A DNA stretch of 64,000 bases, taken from contig NC_057750.1 in NCBI RefSeq assembly GCF_004010195.1, positions 1,710,606-1,774,605 on the forward strand, given 5' to 3'. This stretch comes from Chiloscyllium plagiosum (taxonomy: Eukaryota). Below, one piece after another: positions 39,769 to 50,704 of this stretch (position 1 is its first letter; every line of letters starts with the position of its first letter). A model generated the notes under the pieces. That model saw nothing but the letters and a program-made list of their open reading frames with translations, was not told the DNA's origin and did no database searches. The position numbers were made by a program, and so were the translations under genes.

Positions 39769-39842
39769 CTTGGTGAGCTTTCCAAGTTGCACCAGTCTGT
39801 TTTTACTGCCGGCATACATCATCTGTTGCTGAGGGTTACATC
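39769..39842 (-). CDS. GMFG: GMFG exon 6 (74 nt): (G)[24 protein letters not shown]
   Basis: ttgcAG|gatgta...accaag|GTGGGT. Contains the QMMYAGSKN signature. Confidence 0.96.
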
Positions 39843-40129
39843 CTGCAACCAATGGTGAGAGGAGTTAGCTATGTGTTTCCAGCGACATCATGGATTGCTA
39901 TGTGATGAATCTAATCAGACACACTGAGAGAAGGAAGGGTGGCTCCAGGGGTCATACAATGACCATAGAGGAGTACAGACGGCACATACATATGACCCAA
40001 CATGGGCCTTCTGGGAGTAACTCCAGATTATTTTGTAAACCACCAATATCAATATCGTACAACCCACTGCTGACTCATGGTTGATTACTGACATGCTTGC
40101 ATCTCATTTACTCGACAGCTGATAGCTTC

Positions 40130-40970
40130 ATTCTTGTTTTTGTTATCTCCACATTCAGCTGTTCCAATGCTCTTCTGGCCAGGCTTGAGGCTCCCACCCT
40201 TCATCACAATCGGATCATCTAAAGCCCACACTGTTTGGACCCTGGTTAGCATCATGTCTCATTCACCAATCACCCAACTGTTCACTGCCCTTCAAATGTC
40301 CCTCATTCTCCAATGTCTCATGTTTAAAATTTACAACTTTATGTTCAAATTCCTTAGTCCTCAGTATCTCTGTAACCTCCTCTATCCCTTACACCTCTCC
40401 CAATCTCTGTCAATTCTTCCATCCCCTATACCTCTCCCTATCTCTGTCACCTCCCCAAGTCACAAAATCCCTCCTTAAATCTATAATACCCTCCAGCACT
40501 TACATGCCTCCCTGTCTCTGTCATCTCCTCCATCCCCTACCTCTCTCCCTATTTCGTCACCTCTTTCCAGTCCCTAAATCCCTCCCTATCTCTGTCATAT
40601 CCTCTAGCCGGGGAAACCCTTCTGTGTCTCTACAACCTCCCTTTCTCTGTCACTGCATCCAAACCCTAGACCCCGTCCTATCTCCATAACCTCCTTCCGT
40701 CCCTACACTCCTCCCTATTTTGGCAACCTCCTCCAACCCTTACTCCCCTCCCTACCTCTGTAACCCCCTGCAACCCCTAAACCCCTCCCTATCTCTGTAT
40801 CTCCTCCAGCCCCTGTACCCCTTATCTCCAAAACCTCCTCTAGCCCCTACACCCATCTTCTATATCCCTCCCTATCTCGATAACCTCCTCTAGCCTCTAC
40901 ATGCCTTTTTATCCCTATAACCATCTCCAGTCCCTACATCCATCCCTACCTCTGTAACCACCTCCAACCC
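40130..40970 (+). repeat. L2-like 3' fragment running into a degenerate ~32-bp C-rich minisatellite (CTCTGTAACCTCCTCCAGCCCCTAC...)
   Basis: HSPITQLFTALQ resembles the L2 motif HITPVL..LHWL; tandem units at 40365-40970. Confidence 0.65.
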
Positions 40971-41619
40971 CGTTTATCTGTTCAACTGATTGGGCCCGAA
41001 GTACTGGAATTCACCTATAAACCTTTCCACTATCTACACTGCTGTGATATACCTATAGATCAAATCAACCGATGATGCTCAAAGCCTGAACTTAACTCAC
41101 TTAAACCTGTCAGAGAATTAAAATCTGACCTTGATTTAATTCTGAGCTCACATGTTTTGACTTATTTTAGGTAAAATTCCAGAGGCCTATACATACCAAA
41201 GAATTAAAACCCCAGTATTAGGTTTAAGTTCTTTGTAATACCTTAATTTTACTTTGTCCCAGAGTAAGGCTGCCTCTACACTGTGCTCATCAACCATTCC
41301 CAGACAGCTACAGTACTGTGTTAGATACCGAGTAAGGCTTCCTCTTTCCCTTTTAAAATTAAAGTAAAGTTGCCTTGACATGATATCCATCAAACACTCC
41401 CAGGACATGTACACTTGGGTTAATTATGGGATAAAGGTCCTTTCTGACTGAACCAGGTGATATATTCTCCAGAAGAGCAGCTCTGTAGCCTCTCTGAGTC
41501 TGATTAAACATTTGTTCCTAATTTGGGGCTGGTCTGTTTACCCGTCCCACACCAGGTGTGAATCCCCAAACACATCACCGTTATAGTCAGCACAGCAAGG
41601 GTTTTCCAGGTCCAACCTG

Positions 41620-42256
41620 TGTGATGAAGCTGCTCCATTAACAAGGTTATAGTGTCCTTGGTTTTTTTTTTCAGAAAGGTCATATATGACACAGACTCTG
41701 AAACGTCTGAAGGTGAAGGGTGTTAGAGCCAGTTTGATAATAGCTAACAGATACTGCCTCAGGCAGAAGGCTTTCAAGTTTAAAAACAAACACTTGTATG
41801 GTGAAAGGGGAGGGGCCAGTTCTCCCAGCTCAGCTTTTCTCTGGTTTGGTTTGGTTTTAGCAGGTAGTGTGAAGAAATGCTGCTGGACCCAAAGCAGCAG
41901 TTCCAGGCTGGTCCTCTCTCTCTGACTTCTCTCCTGGAAGACCTTGTGTTTGATTTTCCCTTTTGTGCCATGGGGTGTTTATGGGGATTGTTGCAAGTAT
42001 TTGGAACAGCATCATTCAGTTGGGATGGTCTGTTGGATTTTCGGATAGAGTAAGTTATTCTGTATTCTGTTTTCTGTTGTTTGTGTTTCATTCAGTAATC
42101 TTACAAATAAATTCTGTTTTGCTTAAAACAAAGTAGTTTGGCCAGCTGACTCGCTCCTGGAATATCCACGGTACACCTGCTTAAAACAACTAGCAAATTT
42201 GGGGTCTGGGCTACCTTCTTCAAATGTTTTAAGGGGGTCTGGCCTGGTCCATAACA
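41620..42256 (+). mobile_element. Solo LTR (TG...TAACA), same family as 45346-45977
   Basis: Shared 5' (GTGTCCTTGGTTTTTT) and 3' (GTCTGGCCT.GTCCATAACA) blocks and an AATAAA; TSD not clear. Confidence 0.65.
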
Positions 42257-42279
42257 CTAGATGCAACAATTAGCCAGAG

Positions 42280-43040
42280 AGTCATAAGGATGTACAGCAT
42301 GGAAACAGACCCTTTGGTTCAACTCGTCCATGCTGACCAGACATCCTAAATAAATCTGCTCATTCCATATACACACCACCCTCTGTGTGAAAACATTGCC
42401 CTTAGGTCTCTTTTAAATCTTTCCCCTCTCACCTTAAACCCATGTCCTCTAGTTTTTAAGGAGAAAGTGAGGTCTGCAGATGCTGGAGATCAGAGCTGAA
42501 AATGTGTTGCTGGAAAAGCGCAGCAGGTCAGGCAGCATCCAGGGAACAGGAGAATCGATGTTTCGGGCATAAGCCCATCTTCCGCCTAGGAACCCTCCAA
42601 CCACAAGGGATGAACTCGGATTTCACCAATTTCCTCATTTCCCCTCCCCCCAGCCTGTCTCAGTCAAATCCATNNNNNNNNNNNNNNNNNNNNNNNNNNN
42701 NNCCTCCCCCAAGTCCCTCCTCCCTACCTTTTATCTTAGCCTGCTGGACAAACTTTCCTCATTCCTGAAGAAGGGCTTATGCCCGAAACGTCGATTCTCC
42801 TGTCCTCTAGGTTTTAGACACCCCTGCCCTTGGGAAAATACCTTGGCTATTCACGCTATCCCATGCCCCTCATAATTTTATAAATCTCTTTAAGGTCATC
42901 CTTCAGCCTCCAACTCTCCAAGGAAAACACCCCCAGCCTATTCAGCCTCTCCCTGTAGCTCAAACCATCCAACCCCGGCAACATCCTTGTAAATCTTTGC
43001 TGAACCCTTTCAAGTTTCATATCATCCTTTCTATAGCAGG
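42280..43040 (-). mobile_element. CR1 3' fragment in GMFG intron 5 carrying a nested family A Penelope-like insertion (42459-42800)
   Basis: The insert encodes IFRLGTLQPQGMNSDF (PLE GIY-YIG C-terminus). TSD TGTCCTCTAG.TTTT on both sides. Confidence 0.88.
42765..42792 (+). ncRNA. Minimal hammerhead ribozyme core
   Basis: CTGAAGA-A-GGGC-TTAT-GCCC-GAAAC-GTC, lying downstream of the PLE ORF end on the same strand. Confidence 0.75.
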
Positions 43041-43066
43041 TCGAGGAGATGTAGCTCTAATCTTAC

Positions 43067-43149
43067 CTTGGGGGCTGCTGAAAATCAAGCACATTGGATA
43101 GGACACCCTGTTATCGTGGTGAACATACTTATAGCTATAAACTATAAAT
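43067..43149 (-). CDS. GMFG: GMFG exon 5 (83 nt): (R)[27 protein letters not shown](G)
   Basis: TTTCCTTGAC branch site, then ttcAG|atttat...cccaag|GTAAGA. Encodes the ADF-H/GMF core motif. Confidence 0.96.
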
Positions 43150-44768
43150 CTGAACCATTGTCAAGGAAACAATGTAAACCTGGTTTCATTATATAGAGAG
43201 AGGGTAAAAATAAGCAATGCTCACTGGGTAATCAATAATTATAATTAGTAATAACATAGGTAATTAATAATATGGAAGCCTTACCAATAACTGGAAGCAA
43301 GAAATTGCTTGTGTTTAAACATTCATATTCTCCACTCATTTCAATCCAACTAGTCAAAGTGCTCCTCAGTCAATTATCCAGAAATTCTGGTCATAGTTAT
43401 ACAGACAAATTTGACAGTGAATTTGAAAACAGCAATGAGAAACATGAGCAGTTCATCTGCTTTGATGCCATAGTTAGAGCAGACAGGCATTAAACACTCC
43501 CAGGACAGGTTTAAGACAGGAGTAAATACAGAGTAAAGCTCTTTCTACTGTCCCATCAAACACTCCCAGGACAGGAATAGCATGGGGTTAGATACAGAGT
43601 AGAGCTCCCTCTACTCTAATAAACAGAATATAAATGCCGCTCTATTCTTTTTGACAGTGGGGCAGGAGTTGTTGGAAGAGAGGTGTAAGTGGGATGCTCA
43701 GGTTATGAAGATAGGAGCAGGATTAGGCCATTCAACCCCTTGAGTCTGCTCTGCCATTTGATGAGATCATGGATGGCCCATTAGCATTTTGAATTAAACA
43801 TTCCGATCCACCCTTTAAAATATTTAAATCCCTTGCCCAATAGGAATCTACCCACCTCAGTCTTATAAAAATATTGAATGACATCATGTCCACCCTTTAC
43901 TGAGTTGGAAACATCCAAAGTCACACAACCCTTTGAGAGAGAAAAATTACCTTGTCTCTGTGCTGATAAGGGGACCCTAATTTTAAAACAGAGTCCCCTC
44001 GTTCCGAACTGACCCACAAGAGGATGTCACTCTCATCTCACCTCTTTCTTCCAAGGTTGTGATGAGCTCAGGAGCTAAGTAACTTTTGGTGAAATCTAAA
44101 TTGAGCATCAGAGAGCAGCTTTTGCTAAGTAAGTGGCACTTACTTAGCAAAGATTGGAAGATTGCTTCCAATACTGTCCCGGTGTATTAGCTAGGAACCA
44201 TTGTTTCCCCATCCATCTTGTCCAGACCATTCAGGATCTGATACATTTCAATCAAATCACCCCCTCACTCTTCTAGACTCCAGTGGGAACAAGCTCAGTC
44301 TGTCCAACCTTTCCTCATCAAAGAACTCACTCATTCCAGAAATCAATCTAGTAAACCTCCTCTGAACCACCTCTGATGCATATACAACCTTGCTTAAATA
44401 AGGAGACCAAAAATGCAACAGTATTTGAAATGTGGTCTCACCGAAGACCTGTACGAGTGAAGCATACTCTCCTTACTTTTATGTTCAAATTTTCACACAA
44501 TAAAGGGTAGAATCCCATTTGTCCTTGTGATTATGTGCTATACCTGCACACTAACATTTTGTGACTTCTGTACTAAAACACTTCAATCTCTCCGCGCCTC
44601 TGAATTCTACAGTCAGTCTCTGTTTAAATCATACTCAGTTTCTTAAATTCTTGCTGCTATAGTGAACCACTTCACATTTTCCCATATTATGATCCATCTG
44701 CCAGAGTTTGCGCACTCAGTCAACTCGTATTTCAAGATGAAGTAGTTTTTCTTGAGTTAAAAGGATAT
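43150..44768 (-). other. GMFG: U12-type (minor) intron 4 of GMFG with AT-AG termini
   Basis: 5' end ATATCCTTT; branch site TTTCCTTGAC at 43169-43160, ~12 nt from the 3' end; no polypyrimidine tract; terminal CAG. These boundaries restore the conserved PR|F reading frame. Confidence 0.9.
43710..44725 (-). mobile_element. Older CR1 LINE fragment inside the U12 intron
   Basis: CR1 3' UTR (ATAGGAGCAGG..TAGGCCATTCA) plus degenerate ORF2 sequence. Confidence 0.75.
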
Positions 44769-44818
44769 CGAGGTTGTCTCTCTGGAATTTCATTCCTCAG
44801 TTCATCTGGAGAAATACC
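44769..44818 (-). CDS. GMFG: GMFG exon 4 (50 nt): GISPDELRNEIPERQP(R)
   Basis: tttcAG|ggtatt...cctcg|ATATCCTTT. Carries the conserved GMF motif PERQPR. Confidence 0.96.
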
Positions 44819-45345
44819 CTGAAAGGAAAAGACTTGGATATAGAAAAGGATTGCCACCCTTGCAGTCTTATAACATGCACGATAAATGCCTGCCTGCATT
44901 TACCTCACCCTCACATTGCACATTTTTTTCTTTATTCATTCATGGGATGAGGGTGTCACTGGCTGGGCCAGCATTTATTGCCATCCCTAAATTACCCAGA
45001 GGGCAGTGAAGGGTCAATCACATTGCTGTGGGTCTGGAGTCATATGTAGTCCAGACCAGGTAAAGATGGAATTTTTCTTTCTCTAAAGGATCTTAGTGAA
45101 CCAGGTGGGTTTTTTCCAATAATCGGCAATTGTTTTATCGTCATCATTTAACTCTTAATGCCAGATATTTTTTATTGAATTCAAATTCCACCATCTGCTG
45201 TGGCCAGATTCAAACCCAGGTCCACAGAACATTCACACACAATTCACCTTTACAATGTCAGCTTTGGACACACACACACACTCAAGGATCAGGAAGATCC
45301 CAGATTTGTTCTAATGTGGCTCATCTCAACCAAGATGGAGCATTG

Positions 45346-45977
45346 TGTCACAAAGCTGGTCCTTTTTTAACTGAAAGTTGTTCTTTTTCTCAAGGATACT
45401 GTGTCCTTGGTTTTTTTCTGAGGGGTCATAAACCACTCAGGCTCTGAATTGACCGGTTTGGTTACAGAGATGAAAGGCCCTTTTGTTTATACAGAAACAG
45501 ATGAGACTTTAGACCAAAGCTTTTCTGTTTTTAGAAGTAACCTGTATCAGTCAAGGGGATATGGCCAGCTCTCTAGCTGAGCAGCTCAGTTCAGAACTTT
45601 AATTAGGAGTTCAGCAGTGGAGCTGTATGGAAACAGGTTGCTAAACTCTCTCTCCTTCTGCACTTCTAACTTCAACCAGTAAGCCTTTGTTTCATTTTTA
45701 CTGTGTTTAAGGGATTTGTTTATTGGAACTGTTGGGTACATTTGGAACTGCATAATTAAGTCCAGTTTTGAGTTCTGTAGGTGTTCTTTATTCTGTTCTT
45801 TGTGTTTCATTCCATAATTTTATGAATAAAATTTTTGTCTGTTTTAAAAACTGGTAGTCAACCTAGCTAACTTACTCCAGGTAATTTTCACTGCACATTT
45901 ACCGAAACAAATTGCAAACTTACAGTCTGGGCTACCTGCTTAAGAATGTTTTGAGTGGTCTGGCCTCGTCCATAACA
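45346..45977 (+). mobile_element. Solo LTR with 4-bp TSD
   Basis: TGTCAC...ATAACA termini, flanked by ATTG at 45342-45345 and 45978-45981. Confidence 0.8.
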
Positions 45978-46819
45978 ATTGCAACATCAGACTGGGCAAT
46001 GGGAAAATCAGCAGGGATTCCTGCCATGAGGTTAAAGGCTTGTGGTGATCAACAGAGGAAATTCTATCAAGATCTCATCCATTGTCTGGAATCACATGTG
46101 AAGAATTAACCATTAAGTGGGAGAATCAGTGAGATCGAGAGGGGGAGCAGAAGGGATCATTTTGTATCTCCAGATTCTGTTGATTTTCCGTATGCCAGAG
46201 TTGGAATGGGAGATTCTGTCAGTATAATAATTTGAGACTGAGGAACAAGAATTAACAAATCTAAAGGATAAAACCTCCTGGATACAATCCGCACGCCGGG
46301 CAGCTGACAGCTTGCTGCATCTTCCAGGTGCTTTATACTTTGGTTGGTTATGTAACTCCAGCATAAGCCCATCTGCGTCAAGAACTTGCATTTATATCTA
46401 TCAATGTAGTTAAAAATCTGAGGTACCTTACAGAAGCACCAGCAAAGACCATTTTACACAGTGACCAAAAGGTTGGTTAAAGCAGTAGGTTTTAAGGAGC
46501 ATCTTGAAGGAAAACAGTGAGAGGTTGGGAGAGATTTAGGCAGGAAATTCCAGAGTGCAGGGTGCACAGACCACTGAAGGTACTGCTGCCGATGGTGTAG
46601 AGATTAAAATTGGAAACACTCTAGGCCAAAACTGGAGGAGTGCAGAGCTTTCAGGGTTTGGTGGGTTGGAGGTGATTTCTGAGACTGGGAGGAATGGTGT
46701 CATAGAGGGGTTTGAAACAAAGGTGAGAATTTTAAAATCACTATCACCAGTGTAGCACACACTCTCTAACATCCCAAACATTGTACAAATTCTTAGTAAT
46801 ATTGCTTCAAAACACTTAC

Positions 46820-46869
46820 CTCGTGCTCTTCCTCCAGTACCATCTGTTGGCTTTCTCTGTCGACTTTGA
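46820..46869 (-). CDS. GMFG: GMFG exon 3 (50 nt): (I)KVDRESQQMVLEEEHE
   Basis: cttctAG|tcaaag...cacgag|GTAAGT. Phase 1 in, phase 0 out; homologous to KVDKDRQMVVLEEEFQ. Confidence 0.95.
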
Positions 46870-48168
46870 CTAGAAGACAGGAGATAAATGAAATGTTGAT
46901 ACTTGTAGAAAGGGGAAGTGTTCTTTGAGGGGCTCAGTGGGCAACTGCAATGCACAAAATAAAGTGATGTACCATGATTTTAAAATATAACATAATCCTT
47001 GGAATGTGGGCATTGTTGACAAAGTGACCAGTTACTGCCCACACCTGTCATCCCTGAGAAGATAGGACTGGGTAGCTGGAGTCCGTATGCTTAGAGCTGT
47101 TAAGACAACTGAGTGACTACTTCAGAAGAGCAGTAGAGAGTCACCCTGGGTTGTGTGGGACTGGAGTCACACAGAGGCCCAGAGTGGGTAAGGACCTTAT
47201 TGAGATTTTTACAAAAGGCCCTTCTTCACTGCGACTTCAATGTCTGCGAATTTGAATGTGACATCTGAGTGGCTCAAGTGAGATGATGTGAGTTTGGGCC
47301 TCTGGCCTCAGAGTAACCACCAGCTCGCACAAAGGGTTCAAAGATTCACTGTCTCAGGTGAAGACGGTAATTTAAGGATTGAGTTACCTCCCGTCTCTAT
47401 TCTGCCTGGATGCAACTTTTCCAGAAGCTGAACACAGGAAGTATTTGAGAGTCGGGTAATGACCTAGCCTTGGGGCTTCTCCTGCTCTCCCTGCAAATAT
47501 TATTTGTGTCATTTGGGAGGAACAGTGCCCCCTAACATCCCCCTCCTGCCACATCAATGGGCAGCAGTGGAGTGGTAGTAGCACCAGGTTCGTATTCCAG
47601 AATCCTAGGCTAATGTTCCGAGGACATCGATTCAAATCCTGCCGTGGCAGATGGTGAAATTTGAATTCAATGTAAAATATCTGGAATTAAAGCTAGTCTA
47701 ATGGCGATTGTTGAAAAAGCCCTGATCCAGTCTGGCCTACATGTGACACCAGAACCACAGAGATGTAGTGGGCTCTTAACTGCTCTCTGGGCAATCAGGG
47801 ATAGGCAAAAAATGCTGGCCAAGCCAGTGATGCCCACAATTCATGAGTGAATAAAAGAAAAATTTACAAAGAATGAAAGCGCATGCGCTCAGGGGAGACA
47901 CAGTCATTTGACAACTCCTTCACCCTCGCCCACCTCACCCCCTAAAAGAAATCAACTAGCAATCTGGTGGGGATAAGTGGTTTGAGGGCAGTGGGGCAAC
48001 ACACACACCGGATCCTCAAACCTGCATCTTGACATAGATATAAACTAAAGAGGAAGAGTTCCCGTTGACACCATTGGAAGGGGAGGAGATGCACGGTGTT
48101 GGGGAGGAGGGATGTAGAGATAATCGCACGTAGGCCTGGTTGCCATGGCATCGGGCGCTCTTACTTAC

Positions 48169-48265
48169 TGATGATGGCGGCGTTGGTTGTCTCTTTGCGG
48201 AAGCGGAACTTCTTCAGCTTTTCCAAAAGCTTGGGATCTACTTCACACACAACCAGTGAGTCTGA
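48169..48265 (-). CDS. GMFG: GMFG exon 2 (97 nt): [32 protein letters not shown]
   Basis: attAG|tcagac...atcatca|GTAAGT. Translation closely matches the GMF-gamma N-terminus ([12 protein letters not shown]...). Confidence 0.97.
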
Positions 48266-48476
48266 CTAATAAGGAAGAAAGCAAGAGGACTTAAAAAAAA
48301 TGGCGTCACTCACAGTTTATGTAGGTGTAAATGATATCTGTTCTGACTTCTTATGGTCTTATTAAGTGATTGATTTTCAAATTTCAAAGGACAACAAAAG
48401 GATCCTTCTCAGTATTCTTGTCAACATCAACCTTTCAAACCACATCATTGAAAATAACTTGTCGTGTTCTGGGTGG

Positions 48477-48647
48477 TCAGGCAGCATCCAGGGAACAGGA
48501 GATTCGACGTTTCGGGCACAGGCCTTCTTCAGGCCTGTGCCCGAAACGTCGAATCTCCTGTTCCCTGGATGCTGCCTGACCTGCTGTGCTGTTCCAGCAA
48601 TAAAGTTTCAACTTTGATCTCCAGCATCTGCAGACCTCACTTTCTCC
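48477..48647. mobile_element. Family A Penelope-like insertion with a perfect 51-bp inverted repeat
   Basis: Arms 48475-48525 and 48531-48581; perfect TSD TCGTGTTCTGGGTGG at 48462-48476 and 48648-48662. Confidence 0.88.
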
Positions 48648-49683
48648 TCGTGTTCTGGGTGGCTCAGGGGTTAGCGCTGCTGCCTCACAGCAGCAGGGAC
48701 ACAGATTCAATTTCAGCCTCTGGTGACTGTATGGAGTTTGCACATTTTCCCAGGTTAGGTGGATTGGCCAAGCTAATTAGCCCTGTAGTGTCCAGGGATG
48801 TGCAAGTTGGGTGAATTAGCCAAGGAAAATGCAGGGTTACAGGGATAGAGGAGGGGGATGAGCTGAATGACCTGCTTCCACACTGTATGGGTTCTCTGAT
48901 TATCACATTGCAGTCTGTGAGATCTTTCTGGGCATAAACTGGCTGCTGTGTTCACAACAGAGGCTCAACATTATAAATACCTAATTGATTCGGGGTTTCC
49001 CGAGGTTGTGAAATGTGTTATGTTAATGCAAGTTCTTTCTTTACATTCTCTCAGTATAAAAGTAAATATTTGCCCTTGGGTTAGATAGAGGAAAAGAGTC
49101 AAGATTAGAGTGGTGCTGGAAAAGCACAGCCAGTCAGGTAGCATCCGAGGAGCGGGAAAATCGATGTTTCGGACAAAAGCCCTTCATCAGGAATGAGGCT
49201 GGGAGCCTCAGGGTTGGAGGGATAAATGGGAGGGTGGTGAGGCTTGGGGGGAAGGTAGCTGAGAGTGCAATAGGTGGATGGAGGTGGGGTTAAAGGTTAT
49301 AGGTCGGAGAGGAGGTGGTCCGAGGTGCCTGGATAGAGGGAAAGTGAGATAGGGTGACTTTGACTCAGCCCCCTCCTCAATCCTACCTATCTAACCTTGC
49401 TGGAAACTGTCTGTGGTGAAAGTACCTCTTTCAGTCTCATCCAGAAACATTTTTATTCAATTCATTGTCTTATTATCATCCCGTTTGCTCAACTGCAGCA
49501 GCGTTCCCTTTATTTGTTTCGTCTCTCATTCCTTACATCCTATGTCATGTCTTCCCTCTTATTCTTTAACTCAGACCTGCTGAGTGTTTTGATTGTCTTT
49601 TTGCGTTTATCGGCATGATGCCTCGACTGGTGAACTGCAAAATTCACTGCCTGGCACAAAAGGTGATCAGTTTGGTGAGATAT

Positions 49684-49884
49684 AGAGAAAGCGAGCACTG
49701 CAGATACTGGAGATCGGGGTCGAGAGTGTGGTGCTGGAAAAGCACAGCAGGTCAGGCAGCATCCGAGGAGCAGGAGAATCAACGTTTCAGGCATTCCTGA
49801 TGAATGGCTTGTGCCCGAAACGTCAATTCTCCTGTTCCTGAAATGCTGCCTGGCTTGCTATGCTTTTCCAGCACCACACTCTCG
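49684..49884. mobile_element. Family A Penelope-like inverted pair
   Basis: Inverted arms; core CTGATGAATGGCTTGTGCCCGAAACGTC at 49797-49824; degenerate TSD (12/15) at 49669-49683 and 49885-49899. Confidence 0.8.
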
Positions 49885-50482
49885 AGTTTGTTGGGGTATC
49901 CCTCTCTAAGAAGTGGGGAGTGAGAGTAAAGGCCTTCAAGGTGACATGAACTGGAAGTGACTGGTTGAACTTGTAGAGGGGAAGTACTTAAACAAAAGCT
50001 CCACAGGACGTGAGACTGTTGCCTAACTGGGGAGGCTAGAAATGAACCTGGTTCATTGAAAACAGTAATGACAATGGGCTTTTAATCAGTTGAAATATTG
50101 CCTAGTAAGCTCCAAGTTCCATAATTTCAAAGGGTGAAGAGGATTAGTAAAACTCTGACTCACTGTATCCCTTTCAGCTCAGTCAATTCAGCAGATCAAT
50201 GTATCCAATAAAACTGAACATGGGAACATCTCTCAGTCCTCAGTTCTGCCGGTGGAGCGGAGAAGGCTGGGCAAGGGTCTACATCCATGGTTGATCAGTT
50301 GCTGATCATTCTCTGAAAATCTGAATGGGGAACGGGCACTAGAAATAGGAAATGTGAAGCTTTTTTTAAGGAAGTGGGCATTTAGTGGATATTTTAGAAA
50401 ATTCAGGATAGTTGGGGATCTGAATCTCCCCAAGCCCCTGCAGTCCTGACCTCCCAAAGATGCACTCCCCCACCACCCCAAT

Positions 50483-50704
50483 TGCAGTGATTGTAACAAG
50501 GTCAGCCAGGTGGATCTCACAGAATGAGTTCCCTGATTGGGGCTGTTAACCTGGTCCAATCAGGGAGCCCCGGCTGACAAGATATAAACAGGAGAGTCAG
50601 GGGTTCTGCTCATTCTGAGAGCTGGCTTAGAGGGAGCTGGGTCAATGTCATGTAAATAAAGGGTGACTTGGTGATGGGATTCCAGCATTTGTGGAGCTGT
50701 TTCA
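50483..50704 (+). mobile_element. Solo LTR-like element, copy 2
   Basis: Homologous to 6811-7040; TG...CA termini; CCAA on both flanks. Confidence 0.65.
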
